Positions 26,029 through 38,400 of a stretch of 56,547 bases of DNA are shown here, in pieces. The stretch covers positions 1 through 56,547 of the IMG/VR virus record IMGVR_UViG_3300003894_000008. One strand, given 5' to 3'. Every line of letters starts with the position of its first letter. Position 1 is the first letter of the stretch. The notes beneath the pieces are model-generated. The model saw only the letters and a list, made by a program, of their open reading frames with translations. It was not told the DNA's origin and searched no databases. A program made the translations under genes and the position numbers. This DNA is from a virus (Duplodnaviria > Caudoviricetes).

Positions 26029-26042
26029 ACGGAGAATAACAA

Positions 26043-26663
26043 ATGCCTTATGCAGCAGATGGAACGTGGACGCCTGACGATACAGATACGGCAACTCGCG
26101 TGAACAATCTCACGGCCCAGAACAGCCCTTTAATGCAGCAGGCTCGCACGCAAGCGAAGCAGGCATCCAATCAAAAGGGATTGCTTAACTCTTCTATGGC
26201 TGTGCAGGCTGGCGAGATGGCGGCTTACAACGCCGCATTGCCGATTGCGTCTCAGGACTCTACGCAGGCGCACGCGAGCAACCTTGCTAAGCAGAACTAT
26301 AAACATAGCAGCGACATCTCTGCGCAGGAGTATACGCAGAAGTCAGGGTTGCTTAACACTGAACTGGCAAGTCGCGAGAAGATCGCCGCTGAAGCGAATG
26401 AGATGGAGATCTCCAAGGCCAACATGAATGTGGCTGCGAACGACCGTGAGAAAGCAACGCAGTCGCTTGTGTCGATGGAGCAGGTGTATGCCGAGATGTT
26501 CAAGAGCATTGCAGGCAACGAAAACATCCCATCCGCTGCTCGTAACGCTTATACGGAGCATATCGGCAAGTTGCGTGATTCTTCGCTGGGTCTTGTTGAG
26601 CAGATGTTCAACATCAACTTGCAGTGGGGATCTTCCAATAGCACTGGCGGCGTGAATACTTAA
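26043..26663 (+). CDS. putative internal virion / ejection protein
   Basis: SPLMQQA...GLLNSSMAVQAG...ALPIASQD; Ala/Gln-rich. Confidence 0.65.
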   Translation: MPYAADGTWTPDDTDTATRVNNLTAQNSPLMQQARTQAKQASNQKGLLNSSMAVQAGEMAAYNAALPIASQDSTQAHASNLAKQNYKHSSDISAQEYTQKSGLLNTELASREKIAAEANEMEISKANMNVAANDREKATQSLVSMEQVYAEMFKSIAGNENIPSAARNAYTEHIGKLRDSSLGLVEQMFNINLQWGSSNSTGGVNT

Positions 26664-27118
26664 TGATCAGGGTCGCGCTTTTTTCGGACATCCCGCGCTT
26701 GTGTGAGTTGCTGGATGAGATGCACGCTCGCAGTAAGTATGCGGAATACCCTGTCAGCAAGAAGAGGTTTAAGGATCTTTGTATGGAATCGATCCGTTCA
26801 GGCAATGGCTGCTTGTTCGTGGTTGAAAAGAACGAGGTTGTCGAGGGCTTCCTGATTGGAACTATGGACAACCTTTACCATGTCCTTCGCGTGAAATACG
26901 CGACGGATCTCTTCTTCTATATATCTGAGCGCACTCAGTACGGGGCGCTTGGGTTGATCAAGGAGTTTATTGACTGGGCGTTATCAAAGCCGGATGTGGT
27001 TTCGATACGCATGGGCGCAACCGATGCCATCGAGAACTTTAATAGGGTGGCGAAATTATACAAACGAAAGGGCCTTGTTCAAGAAGGCGTCATGTATGAA
27101 ATGAGGATTGAGCGATGA
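26663..27118 (+). CDS. GNAT-fold acetyltransferase-like protein in the tail module
   Basis: MIRVALFSDIPRL, GFLIG, DLFFY, LYKRKG. Confidence 0.7.
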   Translation: MIRVALFSDIPRLCELLDEMHARSKYAEYPVSKKRFKDLCMESIRSGNGCLFVVEKNEVVEGFLIGTMDNLYHVLRVKYATDLFFYISERTQYGALGLIKEFIDWALSKPDVVSIRMGATDAIENFNRVAKLYKRKGLVQEGVMYEMRIER

Positions 27119-27927
27119 GCGGAGTTTTTAAATCTGTAAAGAAGGTTTTCAAGAAGGTGGCAAAGGTCGCTAAGAAGGTTGCGCCTGTGGCAATTGCCGC
27201 TGGTGCCATCTACATGACAGCAGGCATGGCTCTTGGTAGCACGGGAATGATTCCTGGCTTTGGCCCAGGAGGCGCGGTCAGTGGATGGCTTAATAGTTCG
27301 TCGGGCGGCATAATGAGTAGCGTCTTAAAGGGCGCGGTCAAGCAGGCCAGTTATGGCGCTTTGATTGGTGGCGCAACGGCGGCTGTTACCGGCAATGATA
27401 TCGGTAAGGGTGTCATGCTTGGCGCGGCTGGTGGTGCTGTTACAGGCGGCATTACAGGCGGCTTGACGCATACGCCTACGACAAATCCCGCCGTCGCCGC
27501 TCCTGTTCCTGCCGGTCCTGGCGGCGCACCTGCTACACCCGCCACCCCGACTCCTCCTGTTGCTGGTGCCGCTCCCACTTCGACTGTGGCATCCACCCCA
27601 TCAACCATTGCGGAGTGGTTGAACTCTCCGACCGGCGCTGAAATGGCTGGCGGCTTAGTCAGTGGCGCTGCCAAGGGTGCAGGCGCTTATTTCGGTTCTG
27701 TTGCGGAAGCTGAGGCAATGGAAGAGGCCGCTAGGCTGGACATGGAAAAGGATCGTCGTGCTCGCGAATCCATTAACGCCAATTACGGCGGTGTCGGTGC
27801 TGGCCTTGTGAACACGACAAACACTGCACCGGCTGCTCCATCGCCACTACCGGCGAACACGCAGACATATACGCAAACCATGTGGCGCTACGATCCTGAG
27901 CAGGGCCGCATTGTAAAGATCGCATAA
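27115..27927 (+). CDS. putative ejection (pilot) protein
   Basis: amphipathic KSVKKVFKKVAK start followed by Gly/Ala-rich hydrophobic helices. Confidence 0.65.
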   Translation: MSGVFKSVKKVFKKVAKVAKKVAPVAIAAGAIYMTAGMALGSTGMIPGFGPGGAVSGWLNSSSGGIMSSVLKGAVKQASYGALIGGATAAVTGNDIGKGVMLGAAGGAVTGGITGGLTHTPTTNPAVAAPVPAGPGGAPATPATPTPPVAGAAPTSTVASTPSTIAEWLNSPTGAEMAGGLVSGAAKGAGAYFGSVAEAEAMEEAARLDMEKDRRARESINANYGGVGAGLVNTTNTAPAAPSPLPANTQTYTQTMWRYDPEQGRIVKIA

Positions 27928-27942
27928 CGTAAGGACGGAATA

Positions 27943-28464
27943 ATGCAACAGCAAGGACTCATTAAGCAGCAAGATCCAGTCGCTCCTGAAGTCGGCTATC
28001 AAGGCGAGCCGAACGTCACGCCGGAAGAGCAGGAACTGTATGATCAGGTGGTAGATAATGCCTACCAGATTATCTACGATCCCAAGACCACAGAAAATTT
28101 GCTGTCACGCATATCGCAGAGCGGCAATCCCGTTGAGGGTCTGGCGAGCGTTGCATTCATGGTTGTTACGACTTTAGAGAATAGTGCCGATCAAGCGGGA
28201 ATGCCTATTCCACAGGATGTCTTGTTTCATGCAGGTATCGAGATCCTTGAGGAAATAGCGGAGTTCGCAGAAGAGAAGGGGGTTCACTCCTTTTCTGATG
28301 AAGAGATCGAGCAGGCTTTGTTTTCCGCGCTGGATATGTACGGCGCACAAGCAGAGAGGTCTGGCAAAGTTGACAAGGAATCGGCGCAGGCGGAGTTTGC
28401 CGCTATCGAGAAGGCCGATAAAGACGGGACGCTCAAAGAGCAGATTCCCCAGTTAGGAGCGTAA
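27943..28464 (+). CDS. acidic hypothetical virion-module protein
   Basis: 173-aa ORF with AAGGA RBS. Confidence 0.7.
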   Translation: MQQQGLIKQQDPVAPEVGYQGEPNVTPEEQELYDQVVDNAYQIIYDPKTTENLLSRISQSGNPVEGLASVAFMVVTTLENSADQAGMPIPQDVLFHAGIEILEEIAEFAEEKGVHSFSDEEIEQALFSALDMYGAQAERSGKVDKESAQAEFAAIEKADKDGTLKEQIPQLGA

Positions 28465-28466
28465 TC

Positions 28467-29429
28467 ATGGCTGGTCTTGGTGCATTTATGGGGAGAACAC
28501 TCGCAGGCGCTGCCGAGGGTGCTGGCGAAGCCCTAAAGCGGCGCGGTGCTGTTATGCGTGAGGATGCTCGACGCAAGGAGGATCGTGATCACGCCATTGC
28601 CTTGACGGATAAAAAGATCGCTGCCGATAAAGAGCAATGGCAAGCCAAGATTAAATCTGATGACGCGCAAGCTGCTGCTGGCCTGAAAAACAAGCTTGAC
28701 CTCCTGGAAATGCAGATTCAGTCGGCGGAAAGAGAGGGTGAACTTGATCGCCTGAATAAACTGAAGGTGCAGCAAGCGGGTATTGCTGGTGAGTTGGACG
28801 CCATCAAGGAACGCAATAAGGGTGCGCTTGAGGTTGCTGACGCTAATAATACGAGCCGCGAAAACATTACGGAAATGAATAATCAGAGCCGTGAAAAAGT
28901 CGCTGATTGGGCGAATAATGTTTCTAAGGAAATTGCCAACCTTAAAATCACATCTGCCGAGAAGATGCAGGGTATTAGCCTTAAAACTAAGTCTAGTGAT
29001 CTTATGGCTGAAATTTCTGCAAAGAAAGAAATGCTGCAATCCCAGCTAGAGGCGGAAGCGGATAATCTGGATCAGAAAATTGTTGCTGAATGGAAACAGA
29101 CGATCCAGAAACTTGCGTCTGCTGAACGTCAATTGGCTAAGAAGCTTGTATCCGCAGACAAGGATCGCACATCTAAGGAAGCCATGAACCGAGAGAATAA
29201 CGCGGTGGAGCTTGCCACGGGCGCTATGAAGGATCAGGGCTATGGCGGCAGCATGGACGCTCCCACGATGGGCGGCTTGTTCCAAGGTGCCAAGAAGGTT
29301 CTTGAGGGTGGTGAAGTTCCTCCTGCCGAAACGCCGCCTGCCAATTTAGTGCAGGAAGGCAAGGTGACGACATTTAAAAACGGCGAAAGCTGGACAAAGA
29401 AAGACGGTAAACTTTTAAGGGTTAATTAA
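28467..29429 (+). CDS. putative ejection protein, coiled coil
   Basis: Gly/Ala N-terminus and long helical body; precedes the giant gene. Confidence 0.65.
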   Translation: MAGLGAFMGRTLAGAAEGAGEALKRRGAVMREDARRKEDRDHAIALTDKKIAADKEQWQAKIKSDDAQAAAGLKNKLDLLEMQIQSAEREGELDRLNKLKVQQAGIAGELDAIKERNKGALEVADANNTSRENITEMNNQSREKVADWANNVSKEIANLKITSAEKMQGISLKTKSSDLMAEISAKKEMLQSQLEAEADNLDQKIVAEWKQTIQKLASAERQLAKKLVSADKDRTSKEAMNRENNAVELATGAMKDQGYGGSMDAPTMGGLFQGAKKVLEGGEVPPAETPPANLVQEGKVTTFKNGESWTKKDGKLLRVN

Positions 29430-29431
29430 GT

Positions 29432-32400
29432 ATGGCAAACGAATGGGAAGTTATTTCCGCCGTTCCATTCGATAGTGAAAAGCATTCACTTGTCGAAAGC
29501 AATGATCCGTGGGGTATTGCCAGTGTCGAGGACATTGCCGAGGAACCAGGCCGCATAACAACGGGCGTCAGTAACTTCGGTCGCGGTGTTGCGGATATTG
29601 TTTCTGGTATACCGAAATCCGTTTCCATACAACATGCGCAGAATGCCGATAAAGCGCTATCCATCTTTGATCGCATGGATGGAGGCGAGTTGCAGCAATA
29701 CTCCCCAGCCGAAAACGATACTGCCTTCGGCTTCGAGTTGGAGTTATCACGCTATCGAAGTGGAACGCCGGAAGAGCGAGCCGAAATTCGCAAGCGCGTC
29801 CAAGATGCGCGAGATCCCAGAAACTCAGACTTGTATAAAGCTGGCAAGTGGCTTGATGATGTCGTTGCCGATGCTCTGCCCGTAAACGAAGAATATCAAG
29901 ATGAGTTCTGGGCTACAAAGTTCTCTCGTGGTCTTGGCTCGATGGTCGGCTTTACTGGCGTTGGCTTGGTTGGTCGCGCTGCTGGCTTCGGGACGCTTGC
30001 CACAACCGGCACGTCTGGTATGGCGCTTGGCTCTGTTGAGGGTTTTGAAGATGCTGTACGCAATGGCGCGTCCCTGAAAGAAGCATACGAATCAGCAAAC
30101 CTGAATGGCGTTGTTGGCGTTTCTGAAGCGCTCCCTATCAGCCGCATGTTCAAGCGCCTCGATGATCTGTCGGGCGGAACTGTTGGCACAGCCATCAAGG
30201 AGGCCGTTAAGGAAGGCACTGAAGAGGCTATTCAGGAAGCGTTCCAAACAGTCATGGGCAATGTTATTGCCAATAATGATGCTTTAGGCGTTGGCTATGA
30301 TCCTGATCGCGGCACGTTCGAGGGATCAGGCGAGGGCGCTGCTGTCGGCTTTACAACTGGTGGCGTTGTCGGCTTTATCACTTCTCTGGTGTTCGGTCGT
30401 CGCGGCGGTCATAATGCTGGCGACGAAACGCCTCCGCCTCCTGGTATTCGTGAGAACGCCGCACCAGCACCGCTGACAGAAGCGGATCATAACTCCCCCA
30501 TCCCTGACGAACTTATTCAGCGTGGCAATGAAGAGATTGCCGACACAGATGCTATTGCATCAGCGAATGAGTCGCTGTCCAGATCTGGACTCCCAGAAAT
30601 CAATACGCATGTTGATGTTGATCTTGGCGACGGTCGGGGTGCGTCTAGGGGTGTTGTTACAGACGCCTTTGAATATGACGACCCCGTGGATGTAGGGGAG
30701 AAGGTTGCAGGCGTCACGATTGAGATGGCTGATGGTCGCAAGCTGCACAAGACAGCCAGTGAAATAGCGGCTACCGGCATACAAATCACACCGGCACAGG
30801 AAGAGACGCCTGTGACGCCCTCAGAAGAGGACACAGAGGCAACTGCCCCAGAGGCACCTGTCGCCCCAGAAGCTCCTATGGAGGACGCCACGCCCTCAGA
30901 TCCGGAGCCTGACGCTGCCCAGAGCATTGATTCTGACACAACGCCCGTTAAGCCTGAGCAAACGCTCGATGATGACGACCCATATGCGCCGCTCGATGAT
31001 GACAGTCTTGGCACTGATGAGCCGATGCCGGAAGAGGCGGCGCAGCCCCTTGAGCCGCAGTTGGCAAAAGGTGAGCTACCGATTATAGACGATAGGGAGC
31101 GCCAGCGCCTTGAAAACATTAAGGCGATGGAAGAGGCGCAGAAAGATAAACCGAAAGCTATCGGTCAAAACATCGACGGCGACGACATCTTTGAGGATGA
31201 TCGCGGTGTACGCCATATTGTGCGCGACGGCTTTAAGCACACCGAAAAAGTTGGCATCAAGCCTGACGGCAGTATCAGCGTTACACGCGACGACGACACG
31301 TACCTGACTGACGATGAACGAGCGCCAGCAAAAGAAGAGCAGGTAAAGACCAGCGCTTCCGATTCTGTCGTTGAGCATTTCCGCGCAGGTGGCAAGTTCA
31401 AGAATATCGTTGAGGCTCGCAAGTTTGTTCGTGAGCGCGATGGAGAACTGGACGATAAAGCTGTCGAGGAAGCGGTTGAAGCAGGCGTTGTAAAGCGTGC
31501 GCGTGAGATCGTGGCGGAAGGCAATGACGCCTCGGAGACGTACCAGCGCCTTGTCGATCTGTATTCATCGCAGCCCAACCTTAATACCCGCACCAGCACC
31601 AGCATCGAGAATCAGGCGTATAGCACGCCTGCGCCGTTGGCGTACTTGGCGTCACATGCGGCTGGTATCGACCAGAATACGACCGTTTATGAGCCGACCG
31701 CTGGCAATGGCATGTTGCTGATTGGTGCAGATCCAAGCAAATCAACTGCCAATGAATTAAATCCAGATCGCGTCAAGAGCCTAGAGGGGCAGGGCTTTAA
31801 GCCGTCTCAGGGCGATGCGATGGAGCATACGCCAAGCGGGAAGGTTGACGTTGTTATCGCTAATCCGCCTTTCGGCAGCGTCCTGATGGATGATGGCAAA
31901 ACAAACAAAACCTTTCCCTTGAGTGGCACGACGACAAATAAGATTGATGAAGCAATCTCCCTGCGTGCACTTGAGAGCATGAAGGATGATGGTCGTGCTG
32001 TCCTGATTATTGGCAGCAAACACGGCAGGAATGTAGACAGCACGCCACAAGAAGCAGCGATCAAGTATCGCTCTGGCAGGAAGTTCTTTAAGAAACTATA
32101 TGACGGCTACAATGTGATTGACCATTACACGGTCGATGGAAAGTTGTATAATAAGCAAGGCGCTCAATGGCCTGTCGATGTAATCGTTATTGAGGGCCGT
32201 GGCGGGTCTAAGCTTGATCTGCCAATGAAGACAGCCCCACAGGTCTTGAAGTCGTGGGATGATTTAAGGAGTAAGTTAGATGGCAGCAATCGCTTGGACA
32301 CCGCCGAGCAGCAAGATGGGGATGGGAACGATTCTGTTACGGAACGGTCTGAACAAGCCCCTGACGCTGGATCATTACAGGGGGGCGCTGGCGTCGCGAA

Positions 32401-35400
32401 TCGACCGGATGATTCGGAAGGAGTCTCCGGAAGTGGCAGCGGAAATGCTGAAAATAACGGACGAGCGGGAGAACCTACGGACGGACAACAACCTGAAAGC
32501 GGCAGGGGAGATACTGGCGGAGAACAGCGACCGCCTGATGTCGATGGCGGCACCAGGAATATTCCCAATGCAGGTGACGGAAGTGGAGAACAATCCAGCG
32601 GCCCATCAAATGATGAGGGAGGAAACGCTGGAGGACTTTCTGGCGATTCTGTATCCGTAGATCCCTTTGATGACATCTTCGATAGCGCTCTGAATGAAGC
32701 GTTTGGCGAGGAAGTCGAGAAAACTGCCCCGAAGGAAAAACCCAAAGCCGGTAAAGCAGCCAAGTCTGCCGCCGTGGAAACGGCAAAGGGGCTTGATGAT
32801 GTCACGGCTGGCCTTGCTGCGTTGTTCGGCGCAGATCCTAATCGTGTAAATTCCGGCTTGTCTTTCGATAAGGATACTTATGAGAAGGCGAAGCCGCTCT
32901 TTATCGCTGGTGTATCTCACTTCAAGACGGCTGGCGCTGATGTATCAGAAATGGTTAAGGCGCTGGTTGGTCACTTGGCTACGGTTGCCAAATTGCCCCG
33001 TGAGACGATTGAGCGTATGCGCCCATACGTCAAGCAGTTCATCGAGGATGTAAAATCTGGTGTTGTAGATCTGGCAGAGAAGGTAACGCCGAAGAAAAAG
33101 GCGCAAGCCAAGAAAGAAGATCCTTACGGCCTGACGGTTCCTGAGTACATCAACGTAGACAATGTTACAAACAGGCAAGAAATTCTTGATGCTGAAGAGC
33201 AAACTGATGCTCGTGAATTTGTCGCGGAGATTGTTAAACGTAAGATCTACGAGAACTTTGAAAGCTACGATCCCGAAAGCAAAGAAAGCAAAGCTGGCAT
33301 CCCGTGGTTTTATCAAGTGCGAAAGAAGTGGGAAGACAAGTACGACTCCAATGCTGACTATGTAAGTGCAAGCTGGGAGAAAGCGCCTAAAGGCGCAGAT
33401 GCCTCTAACTCTTTTAAAGGTTGGGTGCTGGCAGATGTGCTCGCTCTTAATCAAGCCATCAAAGAATACCGCAAGCTTACGAACAAAAGGCCAGAGCGTA
33501 AGGCTCCGGAAAAAGCAACTGATCGTGTGAATGAGGAAGTCGAGACGGACTTTCAGGTTCAATATGAGCCAACATCGCAGGCACGATATGCCGTTGGCAC
33601 ACTGGTTCCCCGCAACATGCAGACAGCTATGACCAGTGCGCTTGACGAACTGAAAGAGCGTGTTGGCGATATTGATGCTTATGTTGCTGATAAACTGGAT
33701 TACAGCGTTGATGAGGTTGTTGGCACAGACAAAGCGCCAGGATACTTCTCCGCCGAGCAGGTGGACGCCCTCGCGCTGGCTATCGACAACGTAGAGAACG
33801 GCGGCGGCTTTATCGTTGGTGATCAGACCGGCGTTGGCAAAGGTCGCTTTGTTGCCGGTATGCTCAAGTACGCCATGATGCAGGGCAAGACGCCTATCTT
33901 TGTTACAAAAAGTCCAGGATTGTTCGCTGATATGGTTCGCGATATGCGCGACATCGGCATGAATGACATCAGCGATAGGGTTATGGTGACGAACAATGGC
34001 TTGCGTAATGATAAAGCTATCCCGCTCGATGCAGATAATGCCGAAGATGTCCTCTCGTCTATGTCTAATGCGCAACAGAAGAGCGCGATGGAAAAGATTG
34101 AGTCCACTGGCGAATTGCCTGATGGCTCAGATATCCTTTTCACCAACTACAGCCAGATGCAATACATCAAAGGTCAAGATAATGTTCGGATGCGTGCGGT
34201 TCAGGCGCTCGCTCCTAACGCTGTAATCGTCCTTGATGAGAGCCATCTTGCAGGTGGTAGTGATGCCCCCAGAAGGATTAACCCTGAAACGGGCGAAGCA
34301 ATGCCAACAGGCGCTGACTTTGTGCGTGAAGTTTTGGAAGAAGCTCACGGCGTCGTTTACTCGTCTGCAACCTACGCTAAGAACCCTGCCGTTATGTCGC
34401 TGTACTTTAAGACCGACATCTCTCTTGGTGTAGATAATATCGGAGACTTGGCGGAAACCATTCGCGCTGGTGGCGTGCCGTTGCAGCAAGTCGTAGCGAA
34501 CATGCTGGTTGAATCTGGTCAGTACGCAAGACGTGAGCGCTCATTCGATGGCGTGAGCATCGAGCAAAGGCCACTTCCGACTGACCATGAAGCAGCAGAC
34601 ATCGCTTCTGATGCGCTTCGCAATATCTTTACGCTCGACAAGGATCTGATGACAGAAGCGCGTGAAGCCTTCATTGAAAGCTTTGCGCAGGCAGGCGCTG
34701 AGGGCGCGACTGACAATGCTGTAGGCGAGACGGGTGCCACGCAAACCGGCTTCTCTTCTATCATGCACAACGTCATCAACCAGATGCTCTTGGCTTTAAA
34801 AGCCGAGGCGGCTGTGGATCTCGCGATAGAACTACACAAGAACGGCGAAAAGCCCATCATCGCGCTCGCTAATACGAACGAGCAAATCATGCAGGACTAC
34901 ATCAGCGACCACAACATAGCGTTTGGCGATGAGATTAACGTCCCCTTTAACACCGTGCTTGAGCGTTACGTGCATCGTCTTCGTCGCATTACGATCAAGG
35001 ATGAGAACGACGAGAAGCAGCATATCACCATGACGGATGAGCAAGTCGCTGAATATGGCGGCGCTGATGCCTTGTCTGAACTGAAGCGTGTTGAGCAACT
35101 GGTCAAGGAGGCCAACCTTTCGCACCTGCCAGGAAGTCCTATCGACTACATTGCTGGCAGACTAAAGAAAGCAGGCGTCAATGTTGGCGAGATAACGGGG
35201 CGCTCGATCATCATCGAGGACGGACGGCTTACAAAGCGAGCCGGATCTGAGGCCGAGAAAAAACGGATTATGAACGGCTACAATAGCGGCGAGTTGGATT
35301 CATTGATTATCAATCAGTCTGGCTCTACTGGCTATTCCATGCACGCAACGGACAAAGCGGGGAATGACGGCAAGCAGCGACACTTGATTGTTCTGCAACC

Positions 35401-38400
35401 TGACGGGAACATTGACGTGTTCATGCAGATTCTTGGTCGTATCCACAGAACAGGCCAGATCAAGCTTCCAAATTACACTATCGGCATATCTGACTTGTCT
35501 GTTGAAAAGCGCCTTGCCGCCGTGCTGATGCGTAAGATGGCATCCCTTAACGCCAACACCACGGCTTCTAAGGACTCTGCGGTCAGCCTGAAAGAATCGG
35601 TGGACTTCCTGAACAGGTATGGCGACGAGATCGTGCAAGAATATCTGACAGAAAATCCTGAGATCGCCTCCATGACTGACATGGAAGAAAAGGCCACTGA
35701 CGGGATAGCTGCCAAGTTTACAGGCAGGCTGGCAATCATTGAGCCGGAAGTTGTCGAAAAGATATATGACGAGATCGAGGCGAACTACGTGGCGCATATC
35801 GAGGCGCTTGACCGTATGGGGATGAACACCCTTGAAGCCAAGACACTTGAACTGGATGCCAAGACGATAGACGAGATGGAACTGGTTCCTGCTGTTGATG
35901 ATGGCGATTCTCCGTTCACGGGCGCTGCTGTTGCAGAGACAGTTGATGTCAAGAAGCTTGGAAAGCCTTTCACAGAGGAAGAATTAAAAGCTGAAGGCGA
36001 AAAAATTCTTGATGGCAAAAGCCCCAGTGATTTTGTTGATGAGCAAATCGCAGAGATCAAGGCGAAGATGCCTCCATATATCGAGACTATCGACAAAAAG
36101 ATTGATGCTGCTGAACAGCTTGGTCAGGAATTAATGCTGGAAGCTGATGCAAAAGCTGCCGCCTTAGCAGAGGCGAGGGGTGAAGAATATAACGGAGTCC
36201 ACAAAAGCACAGCGAAAGAAAGAAAAGCATCCGAGACTAAAGCGCTATGGGAACTCAATAAACGCACCGCACAAGCCAAGCTGAATGTTATTCTGGACAA
36301 GCTTGAGCAATATAAGCCAGGAAAGTCTTTGCGTATCCGTGTGGCTGATGGTGAAAATGCGCAGTATCTCTACGCTGTTTCCCTTGGCGTGAACATTAAG
36401 GGTGTGTCGCACAACCCGACTGCTGCAAGTTCGTACAAGGTTCGCTTTGCTATTGCAGATTCAGGCCGTGAAATCACGATACCTCTATCCAAGATAGTTG
36501 GTGAGGAAGCATCATATTCGACAGAGGCTGTTGATCAAAGCACAGTCCTTGGCTTCTTCCGTGACGGCTTCCATGAATCCCGCGAAACGCGGCAGATGAT
36601 CACGGGCAACCTGCTACGTGGTTACGCCCAGTTTAAGAAGGGCCAGATCGTAATGTTCACTCGTGAGGATGGCTCAATCGAGCAGGGCATCCTCATGCCG
36701 AAAGAGTTCGACACGGCGACAGAGCTAGCGAAGCAGCCCGTTGAGTTCAAGGCGGCTAATCAAGTCCTTGAGTTTTTAAGGGATGGTCTTAATAGGCGGG
36801 TTCACTCCAAAGATGAAGTGATGTCATTCACCTATGAGCGCGGCATGTATGGCGGTGCGCCTAAGTGGAAGCTGCAAGTCAAGACTCGTGGCGGAAAGTC
36901 GTACTACCTGAACAAAGCTGTTCGCAAGCTGACCGGCGATTTTGTCAAAAGAAAAGGCGTTATGAGCGTTGAGATCAAGAGCGAGAACGATCTCAGGAAG
37001 ATCTTTGATATCTACCAAGAAAACCTTGGCACACGCTACGAAACCAAGACACACAAGCCAGAGGCGCGTGCGGTTACTGGTCAGGAAATTAAGGGTGAGG
37101 ATAAAGGTCAGGAAAAATTCTCGCGCCGCGACGATCTTCGCGCAGACGTTCTCGACCGCCTGCCGCGCATCGAGGCTGAATTGCAGGAGCGCCTTAAAGC
37201 GCTTGGCCTGAGCGGGAAGATCGCGTTGCGTTTTGTTGAAGCCATCAAGGCAAGGAATGAGGATGGCTCGTTCAGCCTTGCTGATGGCGTGTATCACCGC
37301 AAGCTGATCCGCATTGCGATGGATACGCTGGACAAGACGTTCACATTCAACCACGAAATCATTCACGCCTTACGAGATCTTGGCGTGCTGCGTGACATGG
37401 AATGGCGGAAGCTGGAGCAGGCTGCGCTGGCTGACACGCAAATGATGGATCGCGTTCGCCGCGAGAATGAAGGCGCTAACCTGACGGAAGAGCAGCTTAT
37501 CGAGGAAGCTGTTGCCAATATGTTTGGTGAGCGCAACGCCCAGAATGGCGGCTTCTTTAAACGCGCAATGAAACGCATCTCTGCATTCTTCAAAGCTGTT
37601 AGGGCTGCGTTCTCCAAGGAAGGCTACAAGACTGCCGAAGACATCTTCGAGGGCATCGAGGAAGGTTATGTCGGGCGGCGCTCCGGCAAGGGGCGTGGTG
37701 GCGTAGCTGACCGCATGGCATACTCCCGCCGCTTCGAGCATGGCGTGGAGATGCCGAAGCGCGACAGCGAGGCGCGGTGGCGTGACGCAACGAACGGCGT
37801 GAGCGATGCGTCAACACTGGTTGATCGCTTGAATGAATGGTTTGACGCGGTGATCCAAGGGTTCTCGCGCCACTACAAGCACCTTCCTAACGACCGCCGC
37901 TTTGCTAACGTTAAAGAGCAGTTGCGCAAGATGGAGGCCGCGCCGCAGGCTGCGAAGGATGACATCGTGCGTATGCTCCGTGACATCACGGAAGGCATGA
38001 CACCAGCGGATCTGGATCTCTTTACTCGTAAGGTTGTCCTTGAGGATCTTCTCTGGGAAGCGCAGAACGACCACGACCTGCCATTCGGCTTAAAGGATGA
38101 AGCAGGCGTTCGCGAGGCTCTTGCCGCCGTTGACTCCGCTTTGCAGGGGCGTGCAGATCTACAGGAGAAGCTGCGCAAGAGGCAAGCGCTGTCCTCACGT
38201 ATCGCGGCGGCAATGGTTGAGGCTGGCGTGCTGACTAAAGAGCAGGTCGCCAACCCGTCATATTACCGGCACATGGTCCTCGAACATGCACGTTCGCAGA
38301 ACGCATTTGTTTCGGACGCAACCAAGAAAATTAAAAGCCCGTTCTGGTTCGCTCGCAAAGGCTCAAAGAAGGACATCAACGCGAACCTTCTGGAAGCCGA

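Noticed and set aside
32945-34075. Long antisense ORFs (376 aa here; also 22314-23165 and 13439-14059)
   Set aside because: Shadows of well-supported genes on the other strand, with no motifs or RBS.
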